Assembly: GCA_038230495.1 (NCBI GenBank)
Contig: JBBRNC010000008.1
Coordinates: forward strand, 30,378-94,377
From: Verrucomicrobiales bacterium
Lineage (GTDB): Bacteria; Verrucomicrobiota; Verrucomicrobiia; Verrucomicrobiales; Verrucomicrobiaceae
Direction: 5' to 3'
DNA: 64,000 bases
Shown: positions 29,550-39,174 of the stretch, one piece after another
How positions within the stretch are numbered: the first letter of the stretch is position 1
How the letters are laid out: each line of letters begins with the position of its first letter
Translations under genes and position numbers: made by a program
The notes under the pieces: model-generated
Seen by the model: only the letters and a program-made list of their open reading frames with translations
Told to the model about the DNA's origin: nothing
Database searches by the model: none

Positions 29550-30329
29550 ATGCTTGCCAATTCTCCAATTTCCACACAAATCCCGGCTCTTATGTTCCTT
29601 CGCCTATTCTTAGTTCTGACGATCGCTGTTATAACGCCATTTCAGTTGAATGCGGAAAACGCTTCTGCAAAAAAAGGCTGGGGAGGTGATCCTGCCACCG
29701 CCACCAAACTTAAGGCTCACTGGTATTACAACTGGTGGACAAACGGCAAATCAAGTCCTGATCTGGAATACGTTCCGATGGTAAAAGGGAAAAAACAAGT
29801 CAATGAGAAGACGCTCGATGCCATCAAGGCCAGCGGCGCAAAAGTTCTGCTCTGCTTGAACGAACCGGAACGTGACTCGCAAGGTGACACCACCGTTGAC
29901 GAAGCCCTCAATCTCTGGCCCAAGCTTATGAAGACCGGCCTGCGCCTCGGAAGTCCCGCGCCCTCTTCCGATCATGGCGGCATGGCATGGCTGGATCGCT
30001 TCATGCAGGGCGTTGCCAAAAGGAAGCTCCGGGTCGATTTCATCGCTTTGCACTGGTATCGCAGTTCCAACCCCAAGGAGTTTGAGGATTTTTTAAAAGA
30101 GATTCACCACAAGTATAAACGCCCCATCTGGGTTACTGAGTTCAATTCCCAATACTCCAAAGGGGACCGCGACCACTTTGCAGTGCAAGCCTTCAAAATC
30201 TGTGACCGCCTAGATTTCGTCGAGCGCTACAGTTACTTCAGCGCCAAACCCGGTCACCCCGGCAGCTTATTTAAAGAAGGCGGACACTCGGAATTGACGC
30301 ACCTCGGAGAAGACTACCTCCGGCATTAA
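29550..30329 (+). CDS. Secreted GH128-like glycoside hydrolase, tandem paralog of the preceding gene
   Basis: About 80% aa identity to 28744..29523 along the full length, same LCLNEPE/VTEFN motifs; ORF track start 29520 trimmed to the MLANSPIST Met. Confidence 0.65.
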   Translation: MLANSPISTQIPALMFLRLFLVLTIAVITPFQLNAENASAKKGWGGDPATATKLKAHWYYNWWTNGKSSPDLEYVPMVKGKKQVNEKTLDAIKASGAKVLLCLNEPERDSQGDTTVDEALNLWPKLMKTGLRLGSPAPSSDHGGMAWLDRFMQGVAKRKLRVDFIALHWYRSSNPKEFEDFLKEIHHKYKRPIWVTEFNSQYSKGDRDHFAVQAFKICDRLDFVERYSYFSAKPGHPGSLFKEGGHSELTHLGEDYLRH

Positions 30330-30404
30330 TGACATTGTTCGTCGATAGCTATCGACAGCAAGAATCGGGTGGGATCACGGCCCAGATGCGATTAGGATCG
30401 GTGG

Positions 30405-31241
30405 ATGAATGACTATGACCGGATCGCCGCCGTGATTCGATTTATGGACGGACATCACACCGTCCAGCCCTCTCTCGCCGATCTCGCCGCGGCAAGCAAT
30501 TTGAGCGAATCTCATTTCCACCGGCTCTTTCATCGCTGGGCCGGTGTCACGCCGAAGGACTTTCTGCAATGCCTCACGCTCGAACATGCGAAGCACCGCT
30601 TGCGCGAATCGGCCAGCGTCATGGATGCCGCGCTCGATACAGGCTTGTCTGGGCCAGGTCGCTTGCACGATCTGCTCGTGACCATCGAAGCCGCATCGCC
30701 AGGCGAGTTCAAGAGCGGTGGTCGCGGCCTGAGCATCGAATGGGGCTTGGCTGAAAGTCCTTTCGGTTCATGCAGTCTGGGCTGGAACTCACGCGGCATA
30801 TGTCATCTGGTTTTTCGTGAAACGGATGAAGCCAGCGTCGAACCACCTGAACTTCGTGCCATGTGGCCTAATGCGGAGTTGCGCCGCAATGACAAAAAAG
30901 CGCGGCATCAGTCGGAAATCATTTTTCATCGCGCCGCGTCGTTTGGCACCACGCTAAAAACTATTGTTCGCGCCACGCCGTTTCAATTGAAAGTCTGGCG
31001 CGCCTTGCTCCGCATTCCAGAAGGTTGTGTCACGAGTTATGGCTCAATTGCGGATTCCATCGGCAATCCCAAAGCATCACGTGCAGTCGGCAGCGCCTGC
31101 GGCTCGAATGCCATCGCCTATCTCATCCCGTGTCATCGCGTCATCCGCGAGACGGGCGTGATTCAGGGTTATAGGTGGGGCCAGACGCGCAAGCAGGCGC
31201 TTCTGGCGTGGGAATCGTCGCGCACTTTTGAAAACTCGTGA
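30405..31241 (+). CDS. Ada-like bifunctional regulator: AraC-type HTH plus O6-methylguanine-DNA-protein-cysteine methyltransferase
   Basis: N-terminal AraC HTH (LSESHFHRLFHRWAGVTPKDF); C-terminal MGMT active site IPCHRVI with SRAVGSACGSN; 278 aa. Confidence 0.8.
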   Translation: MNDYDRIAAVIRFMDGHHTVQPSLADLAAASNLSESHFHRLFHRWAGVTPKDFLQCLTLEHAKHRLRESASVMDAALDTGLSGPGRLHDLLVTIEAASPGEFKSGGRGLSIEWGLAESPFGSCSLGWNSRGICHLVFRETDEASVEPPELRAMWPNAELRRNDKKARHQSEIIFHRAASFGTTLKTIVRATPFQLKVWRALLRIPEGCVTSYGSIADSIGNPKASRAVGSACGSNAIAYLIPCHRVIRETGVIQGYRWGQTRKQALLAWESSRTFENS

Positions 31242-31348
31242 CCTGCACCCACTCCTGTTTAACACAGCACAAACATACAGCGTAAATTGTTCTAATGATT
31301 CCTGCCAGTGCCGGGGAAAAATCTCCCGGCACTGGTCCACATTTGCCG

Positions 31349-32653
31349 TCAGTTTTTATGCTCGGGCATAGGCACGTTCAGCAGCATGTTCGGATGACTC
31401 AGTCCACCCATGAAATAGGTGGGGAAACGTCCATCCCACTTATCATACTGCTTCTGCTGTGTGTCGAGCGTGCGGAGTTGTATGAAGATGGGACTGCAGT
31501 TGGCGAGCGATTCGTTCACTAGATGGATGGCCTTGGCCTCGGCTGTCGCTTCGAGTGTCCTGCGTTCTGCGTCAGCAGTGGCTTTCATGGTAATCTTCTC
31601 GGCATCGGCTTTTGCAGCAAGAAGAACGCGCTCGTTGGTCTTGGCCTGGGCTTCAAACTCGGCAAGTGCCACGTTCTTCTTTTGTTGGGCAACGAAGACC
31701 TCATCAATGGACTGCTGAATTTTCGGATTCTCATACGTCATGCCTCCGAACATGCCGATGGTGGTGATGCTGATGCCGCGTTTGCTGAAAAATGGCACAA
31801 GGTCGCCGTCGAGAGCGCCCATGATGTCACTCTTTCTTTCACGCAACTGATCCAGAGGGAACTTTGCCGCAGTCTCCGCAGCTAACTTTTGAATACGCGC
31901 GCGAATCTCTGAATCCATGACGGACTGGAGCGAGCCGGAGGGATACATGTAAAGGAACTTCGCAGAGTCTTCCTCTTTGATATAGGCCGTGCAAGAAACA
32001 CCCATGCTAAAACCAACACTGTCGGCTGATTCAATCCAGATGGCTTTGTCGCTTCCCTTTTGGCTGGCAGCCGAGGAGTTCCACTCACGCGTGACTGGCG
32101 AACGATCAACCTTCAAGACCGCAACGGTGGGAATCCAAGTTCCGCTGAACCAAAGACGTCCATTAGCCTGCCAGCGATGCGGCACCTGGATGCGTTTGGT
32201 CAGCACCTTGGACTGGTTGAGATATTCCTCGCTATTGAACCGGACTTGAACATCCTGTTTTTCCTTCGCGTCCTCCAATGGGATGACGAAGGCCGTTTCG
32301 TTGTTATTTACCTGAAGATATTCCACCTCGTCATAGGGCTTGCAGCTTGGTAACAACAAGGTGCCCAACGCGAGCATGACGACAGTGCTAGTCACGCGAC
32401 GCGATTTCCGATTCATCCACACACTGCGCACAATGAGAAGCGCGATGACTCCTGTTAACAGGCCGAGGAGAGTATTCAAGACCCGGAACAGCTCCACGTT
32501 CGTCCGGGCCGTTGTGAATTCCACACTCCCTCCACGAGCAGCATCGAGTGCGGAGGCGGTAACTAGATGCGGTTGCACCCAGACATCTGAGATGAGCTGA
32601 CTGCCACAGAGCGTAAGAGCACATAGGGCAAGAAATAATATTTTCGTTTTCAT
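31349..32653 (-). CDS. SPFH/band-7 (flotillin/YqiK-like) membrane protein
   Basis: N-terminal signal/TM, second TM, then SPFH domain and a C-terminal Ala/Glu-rich coiled coil (AEFEAQAKTNERVLLAAKADAEKI); ORF track start 32809 trimmed to MKTKILFL. Confidence 0.6.
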   Translation of the reverse strand: MKTKILFLALCALTLCGSQLISDVWVQPHLVTASALDAARGGSVEFTTARTNVELFRVLNTLLGLLTGVIALLIVRSVWMNRKSRRVTSTVVMLALGTLLLPSCKPYDEVEYLQVNNNETAFVIPLEDAKEKQDVQVRFNSEEYLNQSKVLTKRIQVPHRWQANGRLWFSGTWIPTVAVLKVDRSPVTREWNSSAASQKGSDKAIWIESADSVGFSMGVSCTAYIKEEDSAKFLYMYPSGSLQSVMDSEIRARIQKLAAETAAKFPLDQLRERKSDIMGALDGDLVPFFSKRGISITTIGMFGGMTYENPKIQQSIDEVFVAQQKKNVALAEFEAQAKTNERVLLAAKADAEKITMKATADAERRTLEATAEAKAIHLVNESLANCSPIFIQLRTLDTQQKQYDKWDGRFPTYFMGGLSHPNMLLNVPMPEHKN

Positions 32654-33241
32654 AATGGTGATTCTATTTTTACAGATTGATTCCGCTGATGTTGGAACGC
32701 AGCCGCACAATCCCCAGCGAAATGGGATGGCGGAGTTTTTGATTGTCGCGGCAAAACTTGACCGCGACTCTGACTCTAAGGAGTCAGATGATAAGTGACC
32801 GGTGCACACCTAGGGTGGCCCGTCGCGTCGTCCTGTGTCTGTATGCATGATAGTAGCGCCTCGCGTTAATGATCCGCGGTCTGCGCTGCGCATGGCACTC
32901 GCTTCCCGTGAATCGTTGTCTCACGGGGCGAACATGACCCCCACCACTCGGTGGGGCAGAGGATCGCCCTCCCAATACACCTGCGAGGTTAGCTGTCGGA
33001 CTAGGTCTTGGAAGTGACCCCAAAGTATGTTACCACACTTCGTGCGCCCCTTCCCAGCGGCTTTTGGAAGGCTGCTGGGAGTTCGGTTCCCCCGTGTCAG
33101 CCCCCAGGAAGGAAGGCCGACTTCGGCTGCGTCTTCTTTCAAAGACACGATGAAACTAATAGCAAGAATCAATGGGAAATCAAATGGAATCGGATAGTGC
33201 AATTATCGATTCTGCACTCGTATGAGTTATCGCGGGGTTAT

Positions 33242-34309
33242 TCACTCGGGCTGAAAAAACAGCGTGAACTCGTGCCGGTTGTAAGTCAGGTGCGTCTGCG
33301 CGAACAACTTCAATCCACCGATGGCTGCTGCTCTTACGATTTCATCAAAAAGTTCCAGCGGTGCATGCACTGTTTCTATGCGCGGAATTTTCAGAGTGAA
33401 AATAACCAGCCCATTCTTCTTCAAAAATACTGACAGCCTGATGACCTGATTGATTGATTCGTGAGGGTCGCCATTCATGTCTGAAAGCAACGCATCATAT
33501 TTCGCGCCCGTCTCTGGTTGAAATTCCGCCACGTTACCACGCACAAATTTTAGCCCGCGCTGATTATGCAGCCGAGCATCTAAAACCGCTACATCTAGCG
33601 CCGTCACGCGCTGTCCCCGCGCCAGCAATTCCGCCGTCATCCCACCGGGACTCGCTCCAAGCTCCAGCCAGTGACTGCCCGCAGGCAGCGGCATGCGATA
33701 CAGTAAAAGATAATGCAAGGCCTCGGCGATCTTCGCCCCGGCGCGACTGATAAGATCAGGCGATTCCACGCCGATGTATTTGCTCCCTCCGGCATAGAAG
33801 CCGTTGGCTGCGCGAGGACTTTGCATACCGCAGAACAATCCTTCCTTACCTACGAGACAGAACAACGTCTCCGCCTCAGGATTCTGCTGCTCCACCTCCT
33901 TCACTCGCAGAGGCGGAAAAAGTTGGAGCACGCGACCGCGCAGATTCGTGGCCAGACTTTTGTAGTAACGATCCGGCGATCCCGCATTGATCTGGCCGAC
34001 GAGAATCGTCTGCGGATTCCGCACCCCGAATTTCTTGAACAATGTCTGCGCCGCCTTCTCGACGAAGCCTTCCATCTTCTGAGGATTGCAGGGCCACGCG
34101 TGTTCTAATGGCAGGTTCCAGCGGACAAATTTCGCTGCGCCCGAGTGCCTCACAGCCTCGGTCTGCTGCGTCTTGATCAAATAATATTCGTTGCCCAGCT
34201 TAGTGCAAATTTGCGCATGGAAGCGTTGCAGAATCTCATCCGCGATGCCTGAAAAAATCTCCGGGATGCGCACTAGCCACGCGACCACATTGTTCTGATC
34301 TGCATTCAT
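33242..34309 (-). CDS. rlmM: RlmM-like 23S rRNA 2'-O-ribose methyltransferase (THUMP-like N-domain plus FtsJ-like MTase)
   Basis: SAM motif LELGASPGGMT, catalytic region DMNGDP, 355 aa; 4-bp overlap with the upstream LRR-kinase gene. Confidence 0.6.
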   Translation of the reverse strand: MNADQNNVVAWLVRIPEIFSGIADEILQRFHAQICTKLGNEYYLIKTQQTEAVRHSGAAKFVRWNLPLEHAWPCNPQKMEGFVEKAAQTLFKKFGVRNPQTILVGQINAGSPDRYYKSLATNLRGRVLQLFPPLRVKEVEQQNPEAETLFCLVGKEGLFCGMQSPRAANGFYAGGSKYIGVESPDLISRAGAKIAEALHYLLLYRMPLPAGSHWLELGASPGGMTAELLARGQRVTALDVAVLDARLHNQRGLKFVRGNVAEFQPETGAKYDALLSDMNGDPHESINQVIRLSVFLKKNGLVIFTLKIPRIETVHAPLELFDEIVRAAAIGGLKLFAQTHLTYNRHEFTLFFQPE

Positions 34310-35640
34310 AGCGTTATTTTCACAAGCCGCGCGAGTTCCGATTCAATCTCCGCAAACAAAGGCCGCGCTGACACCTCTGCCGCAATGCAGCGCGCTTGCA
34401 AGGCCCGCAATCCATCCATGACCGGCTTTTGTGCTGGCTCCAATACCACGCGATCCAATAACTCTTCCAGCAGACATGCAAACGCGCGGACTTCGATTCG
34501 TTGCAACGCGGATGACGCCCGGTTCTCCATCGCTGAATAGAATGAGGCCGCGCCGAAGTCACCCAAGAGACAGTGCCCGTCTTCATGCCACAACACATTA
34601 TGCGCGTAGAGATCGCCGTGCATGATGCCCCGCACATGAAGCCGTTGCGCCGCAGAAGCAATACCACGCGCGATACGAAACGATACGGAGAGGGTAAAGT
34701 TTTGATCTTCCGCATAAAGATCGCGCGTGCACGAATCAAAATCTGGCGGCCCGGCGAGTGTGCGGAATTCGGGTTCAATCAATGACATCACTAGCCCTTC
34801 GCTTCGCATCGGATGATTCACGATGCGCCCCATCACCTCGATCAAATTTGGATGCGCACCGGCAGCGAGACACGCGGCCATTTCGCTAGCAGGCAGTCCG
34901 TCACTGGTGACTGCGCCTTTGAAAACCTTCACTGCCACCGATTGCGACACATCACCGCTCGCTGATCGCCAAGACGCACGATGAATCACGCCCGAGGCTC
35001 CCTCGCCGAGTTGCTCATGCAACTCAATCTGCGCCCAATCAATCTCCGCCATCACGTCTGAATCATTATCCAACGCGTTCGCACAAGGATTGCCCGCCAG
35101 TGCCAGCCATGACAACTTCGGCAGCGAAAGCAGCCACTCCGGCAAGGCGCGGAGATTGTTAGCCGCCAGCCGGATGAGTTCCAGATTCTTGCACGCCGCC
35201 ATCTCCACAGGTAGCTCGTCGAGTTGATTGCCAGCGAGCATCAGCTTCTGCAACCGAGTGCAGCGCCCGATGGTCGGCGGCAACTTGCGGATTCGATTGT
35301 CCGTGAGACTCAGCCAGCGCAAAGCCGGAGAAAACGCGCCCTCATCCACGGAATCAATGCGGTTTGATTTGAAACCGATCATGCTCAGATTCTCGCAATC
35401 GCTGAGCACGGCGGGAAGATGAGTAAAGTCGTTCGATGAACAAAAGAGGATGCGCAACTTGCGCAGTCGGCCCAGATCATCCGGCAGTGTGGAGAGCCGG
35501 TTGTTCGTCAGACTGAGAACCTCCAGCGAATCCGCCAGATCAAAAATCTCTCGCGGAAACTCCGTTAGCCCGCAGGCCAGTTCCAGCCGAGTCGCCCCGG
35601 CCAGCTTTCCGGCGCGCAATAATTCAAGAGTGTCCATCAT
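34306..35640 (-). CDS. Leucine-rich-repeat protein fused to a eukaryotic-like Ser/Thr protein kinase domain
   Basis: About 7 LRRs (LxxLxLxxNxL: LEVLSLTNNRLSTLP, LRILFCSSNDFTHLP, LRWLSLTDNRIRKLP...) then a kinase with GEGASG loop, VAVKVFK lysine, HGDLYAHNVLW catalytic loop and LGDFGAA. Confidence 0.75.
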   Translation of the reverse strand: MMDTLELLRAGKLAGATRLELACGLTEFPREIFDLADSLEVLSLTNNRLSTLPDDLGRLRKLRILFCSSNDFTHLPAVLSDCENLSMIGFKSNRIDSVDEGAFSPALRWLSLTDNRIRKLPPTIGRCTRLQKLMLAGNQLDELPVEMAACKNLELIRLAANNLRALPEWLLSLPKLSWLALAGNPCANALDNDSDVMAEIDWAQIELHEQLGEGASGVIHRASWRSASGDVSQSVAVKVFKGAVTSDGLPASEMAACLAAGAHPNLIEVMGRIVNHPMRSEGLVMSLIEPEFRTLAGPPDFDSCTRDLYAEDQNFTLSVSFRIARGIASAAQRLHVRGIMHGDLYAHNVLWHEDGHCLLGDFGAASFYSAMENRASSALQRIEVRAFACLLEELLDRVVLEPAQKPVMDGLRALQARCIAAEVSARPLFAEIESELARLVKITL

Positions 35641-35674
35641 GAATGGCGTCGTGCTGTTCGTGGCGAGAGCAATG

Positions 35675-36397
35675 TTACGGACTCAGCCGCGAGCGCAACC
35701 AGCCGCCTTCCTTTCGCGAGAAGCTAAACCGATCATGCAGGCGGCTCGGTCTTCCCTGCCAGAATTCGATTTCATCAGGAGCGAGCACGTAGCCGCCCCA
35801 GTTCGGGGGGAGCGGGACTTGGCCTTCGGGAAATTTTTCGGTGAGTTCGCGCTCACGATTCTCCAGCCATGCGCGATCCGGGATGCGCTCGCTTTGTTCG
35901 CTAACCCACGCGCCGATCTGGCTGCCGTAAGGACGTGATTGAAAATAGGTGTCTGATTCTTCATGACTGAGACGGCTGACGATGCCGCGAACGCAGACCT
36001 GTCTTTCGCGTTCTTTCCAGAAGATGGTGAGCGCAGCCTTTGGGTTCGTCGCGAGTTCGCGGCCTTTGCGGCTGTTGTAATTCGTGAAGAAGGAGAAGCC
36101 GCGCGTGTCGAAGCCCTTCAGTAAAACTGTGCGACAAGATGGCTGGCCATCTGCGGAAACGGTTGCGAGCGTCATGGCGTTCGGTTCCACCAAGGCGGCT
36201 GCGATGGCGTCGTCGAGCCAAAGTTTGAAAAGCACGAAGGGATCACCGGGCAGCGTGGCCTCGTCGAGTGCACCTTTTTCGTAATTCAGGCGCAAGTCGG
36301 CGAGATTCGGTTTGCCAGAGGGCGATGCTGATGGATAGAAGACGGACACAAGACAAGGATGAAGGATGAAAGATGGAGGAGCAAGTAATCTAAGCAA
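35675..36397 (-). CDS. pdxH: Pyridoxamine 5'-phosphate oxidase
   Basis: FMN-binding split-barrel blocks and the conserved C-terminal [13 protein letters not shown] motif; exact start uncertain. Confidence 0.85.
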   Translation of the reverse strand: MLRLLAPPSFILHPCLVSVFYPSASPSGKPNLADLRLNYEKGALDEATLPGDPFVLFKLWLDDAIAAALVEPNAMTLATVSADGQPSCRTVLLKGFDTRGFSFFTNYNSRKGRELATNPKAALTIFWKERERQVCVRGIVSRLSHEESDTYFQSRPYGSQIGAWVSEQSERIPDRAWLENRERELTEKFPEGQVPLPPNWGGYVLAPDEIEFWQGRPSRLHDRFSFSRKEGGWLRSRLSP

Positions 36398-36400
36398 ACC

Positions 36401-36958
36401 ATGAGCACGACCCCCGGAGTTTTATCAAGCCTCGAACGCGTGCTGCTGGATGCAGGCACGATCCAACGTCGTGTTGCAGAGATGGCTGCGGAGATCGAGC
36501 GCGATTTCGCCGGGCGTGAGTTGAGTGTGGTGACGCTGATGGACGGGGCTTTGTTCTTCGTGGCAGACCTGCTGCGGGCTATTAACTTACCAGTGCGGCT
36601 GCACACGCTGACGGTCAGCAGCTATCATGGCGGCACCAGTTCCAGTGGGCGTGTGCATTTGGCGCAGCAGCTTCCCTTTGATCTGACAACGCGCCATGTG
36701 CTGCTGATTGACGACATCCTCGACACTGGCCTGACGCTGGCGACCGTGCGTGAGCGCATCCTCGCAGAATGCAAACCGATAACGCTGCGTGTGGCCGTGC
36801 TCCTAAGTAAACAGCGGGAACGTGAACGCGAAGTGCCAGTGGATTACGCAGGATTTGAGATCGCAGATGAGTTTGTCGTCGGCTACGGCATGGATTATCA
36901 GGGACACTACCGGAATCTGCCGTGCATCGGGATTCTGAATCCGGGGAAGGCAGAGTGA
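36401..36958 (+). CDS. hpt: Hypoxanthine-guanine phosphoribosyltransferase
   Basis: PRPP-binding motif [14 protein letters not shown]; 185 aa. Confidence 0.85.
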   Translation: MSTTPGVLSSLERVLLDAGTIQRRVAEMAAEIERDFAGRELSVVTLMDGALFFVADLLRAINLPVRLHTLTVSSYHGGTSSSGRVHLAQQLPFDLTTRHVLLIDDILDTGLTLATVRERILAECKPITLRVAVLLSKQREREREVPVDYAGFEIADEFVVGYGMDYQGHYRNLPCIGILNPGKAE

Positions 36959-37007
36959 AGAAAGGAACGATGGAAGATTGGAATGTTGGAATACTGAAAG
37001 GCATGTG

Positions 37008-37253
37008 ATGAAAGTTCGTGTTCTATTTTTTTCCGTGCTTCGCGACATCGTTGGCACTGACGAGTGGACAATGGAAATGCCTGATGACGCATCGGTAAGC
37101 GATCTCCTCGATGAGGCCTTCACGCGTTGGCCAAAGCTAAAGGATTGGGACGCCAGCCTACTGATCGCTGTCGATCAATCCTACACAAAACGCGATACCA
37201 CGCTGCATGACGGCGCAGAAGTTGCCCTCATGCCGCCGGTGCAAGGAGGATGA
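37008..37253 (+). CDS. moaD: MoaD/ThiS-family sulfur carrier protein
   Basis: 82-aa beta-grasp ORF ending in the diglycine PPVQGG; ORF track start 36978 trimmed to MKVRVLF. Confidence 0.65.
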   Translation: MKVRVLFFSVLRDIVGTDEWTMEMPDDASVSDLLDEAFTRWPKLKDWDASLLIAVDQSYTKRDTTLHDGAEVALMPPVQGG

Positions 37254-37317
37254 AATAATGAGTGATGAATAGACTTCCAGCCCGTTCCATAACTCATAAC
37301 TCATAACCCGTCCTCCC

Positions 37318-38370
37318 ATGCCCTGCCCTTTCCTCCCCCTGCCCTCGCGCGTCTTCACACACGATGACATGCACGCGCTAGGAAAAGATCGCAGCGCGGT
37401 CTTTTATCATACTGCGCTGAATTACGGGCAGTCGCTGTGGCTGACGGGTTTCCCGGCGAAATCACTATTACTGATCAATCGCGCGCTTTCCTGCAAGCTG
37501 CTGGATGTTGCACTCGATGGTGACGCGAAACCCTATCACGCCATTGCGTGGATTTTGCTGAATCGCCCGGCAGATCGTTTCATTGGAAATCCACGCCGTC
37601 ACTATCAGCATCTCGCCACGCGAATGGTGGAACCGCACAAGGAACTGCGGACTTGGCGCGCATGGGCTTGCTGGTATCTCGCTAAACAATTGCTGGATGA
37701 AGGAGAGTTCCCACCCGATGTGGTGCAAGTGCGCGAGGAACTAATCGTCAAGCCGCGCCGCGCCGACATTGCCAGTAATCTTGTGAAGTTGAGTCCCAGC
37801 GATGATTTGATAGCGTGGCAAGCCGCGCTATCTTGGGCGCAGGAACAAACGGGCCAGCTTCATCGCACAGAGCCGACATTGGTAGATTTTCATCTCATAG
37901 GTGAGGAAGACTTGAATGAAGTGTGGCGGCTGGCACAACTTATCTGGCACGCTGTTTATCCGGACATTATCAGTGTGGCGCAGATTGATTACATGCTGAA
38001 GGAAAGGTATGCGCCCGCAGTATTGCTAAATGATCTGGCGCGCGGAGTTCACATGTCGCTAATTCGCGAAGGCCCGGATAACATCGGCTTTATAGCGTGG
38101 GAGGCCTTGCCTGACGGAGTGGCGTTTCTGCATAAGCTCTATGTGCTCCCCGCCCGACACGGATGCGGCGTAGGTGCGCAGGCTTTGCGTTGGGTCGCAG
38201 AACAGGCCCGCACTGCCGGCATGACTTGCGTCAGCCTGCGAGTGAACCGCAAAAATCTGAAGGCGATCCGGGCCTATCTCCGCGAAGGATTTTTATTTGA
38301 GCAAGACGTGTGCACTGAGATCGGTGAAGGCTACGTGATGGACGATCATGTGATGACGCGTCCACTTTGA
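37318..38370 (+). CDS. Two-domain protein with C-terminal GNAT N-acetyltransferase
   Basis: C-terminal HKLYVLPARHGCGVGAQAL (GNAT motif A); N-terminal ~200 aa of unknown function. Confidence 0.55.
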   Translation: MPCPFLPLPSRVFTHDDMHALGKDRSAVFYHTALNYGQSLWLTGFPAKSLLLINRALSCKLLDVALDGDAKPYHAIAWILLNRPADRFIGNPRRHYQHLATRMVEPHKELRTWRAWACWYLAKQLLDEGEFPPDVVQVREELIVKPRRADIASNLVKLSPSDDLIAWQAALSWAQEQTGQLHRTEPTLVDFHLIGEEDLNEVWRLAQLIWHAVYPDIISVAQIDYMLKERYAPAVLLNDLARGVHMSLIREGPDNIGFIAWEALPDGVAFLHKLYVLPARHGCGVGAQALRWVAEQARTAGMTCVSLRVNRKNLKAIRAYLREGFLFEQDVCTEIGEGYVMDDHVMTRPL

Positions 38371-38376
38371 ATCGCG

Positions 38377-39174
38377 TCACTGTAATGTGAGGCGTTCTAT
38401 GAGGAATTTAATTTTCTCGTAACTGAAGTTCACCACGTCCGCAGTGGGGTGATCCTGAACATCCTGCCAGTGGCGCTGAAGCTGGTCGAGCAATACCCCA
38501 AGACGGGCAATGGATTCATCGGCGCGAACGGGAGCACTGAGCTTATTGAATTGTTCACTCAAATCTTTGAGCAGACTTATGGAACCAATGCAGATGGTTT
38601 TATTCTGCAAGTCTGGATCATTGCTAACAATGCTAGAACTGATCTCCAATAATCGCACCCACACGCCCAAATCCACGAGTAACGCTAGGTCTTCATCCTT
38701 CTGTTCATTGAGCAATTTTACGATCTGCGGCACGGTGTCAGAAATCTGCTTACGCACCGCAACCCAGTCGCCAGTCTCCGCCATCTTCGACTGCGCAAGT
38801 ATGCTCGGAGTGACCTTCTCACTAACACCTAGCACTTTGCAGTAGCTGAGCAGTTCCTGATTGTTGTTCTTGAACTGCTGGGCGTCCGCTGCCTGCATGG
38901 CCAGAAAAGAATTTGCGACCAGACTGCCTAAAGTAAATGCGACGCGCAAGCGCTCAGTGGACGGTGTTGGCGGAGGCGTGCGGAAAAGCTGACGCCAACG
39001 CGCTTTGGTTTGCTGGGCCAGATTATCGAGGAATTCAGTGGGTGTGATCCGCTTCTCGATTTCAGGTGCTTTGTCCTGCCCTATGACTGGTTGAAAACAA
39101 AAAAGGCCGCCGACGATCATGATGGAGCAGGCGATGATGCGCGGAAATTTTCCGCCTATTAGCTCGGTTGCCAT
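38377..39174 (-). CDS. Secreted hypothetical protein, translationally coupled to glmS
   Basis: The ATG overlaps the glmS stop by 1 nt (TGATG on the minus strand); signal-like IIACSIMIVGGLF; ORF track start 39303 trimmed. Confidence 0.45.
   Translation of the reverse strand: MATELIGGKFPRIIACSIMIVGGLFCFQPVIGQDKAPEIEKRITPTEFLDNLAQQTKARWRQLFRTPPPTPSTERLRVAFTLGSLVANSFLAMQAADAQQFKNNNQELLSYCKVLGVSEKVTPSILAQSKMAETGDWVAVRKQISDTVPQIVKLLNEQKDEDLALLVDLGVWVRLLEISSSIVSNDPDLQNKTICIGSISLLKDLSEQFNKLSAPVRADESIARLGVLLDQLQRHWQDVQDHPTADVVNFSYEKIKFLIERLTLQ

Larger units (their letters stand above)
28725..30330. repeat. Tandem ~800-bp duplication (two GH128 gene units including leader sequences)
   Basis: Nucleotide-level similarity between 28725..29525 and 29527..30330, including the 5' untranslated leaders. 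Confidence 0.8.

Noticed and set aside
32654-33241. Possible tmRNA, RNase P or SRP RNA
   Set aside because: Looked for GGAAAGUCCGGGCUCC (RNase P), the GGGGCUG...UUCGA-type tmRNA 3' tRNA-like end and the SRP GGAAGCAGCCAAGGCAG motifs; only loose resemblances (the T-loop lacks conserved A58, the acceptor pairing is absent), so left as an unassigned ORF-poor tract
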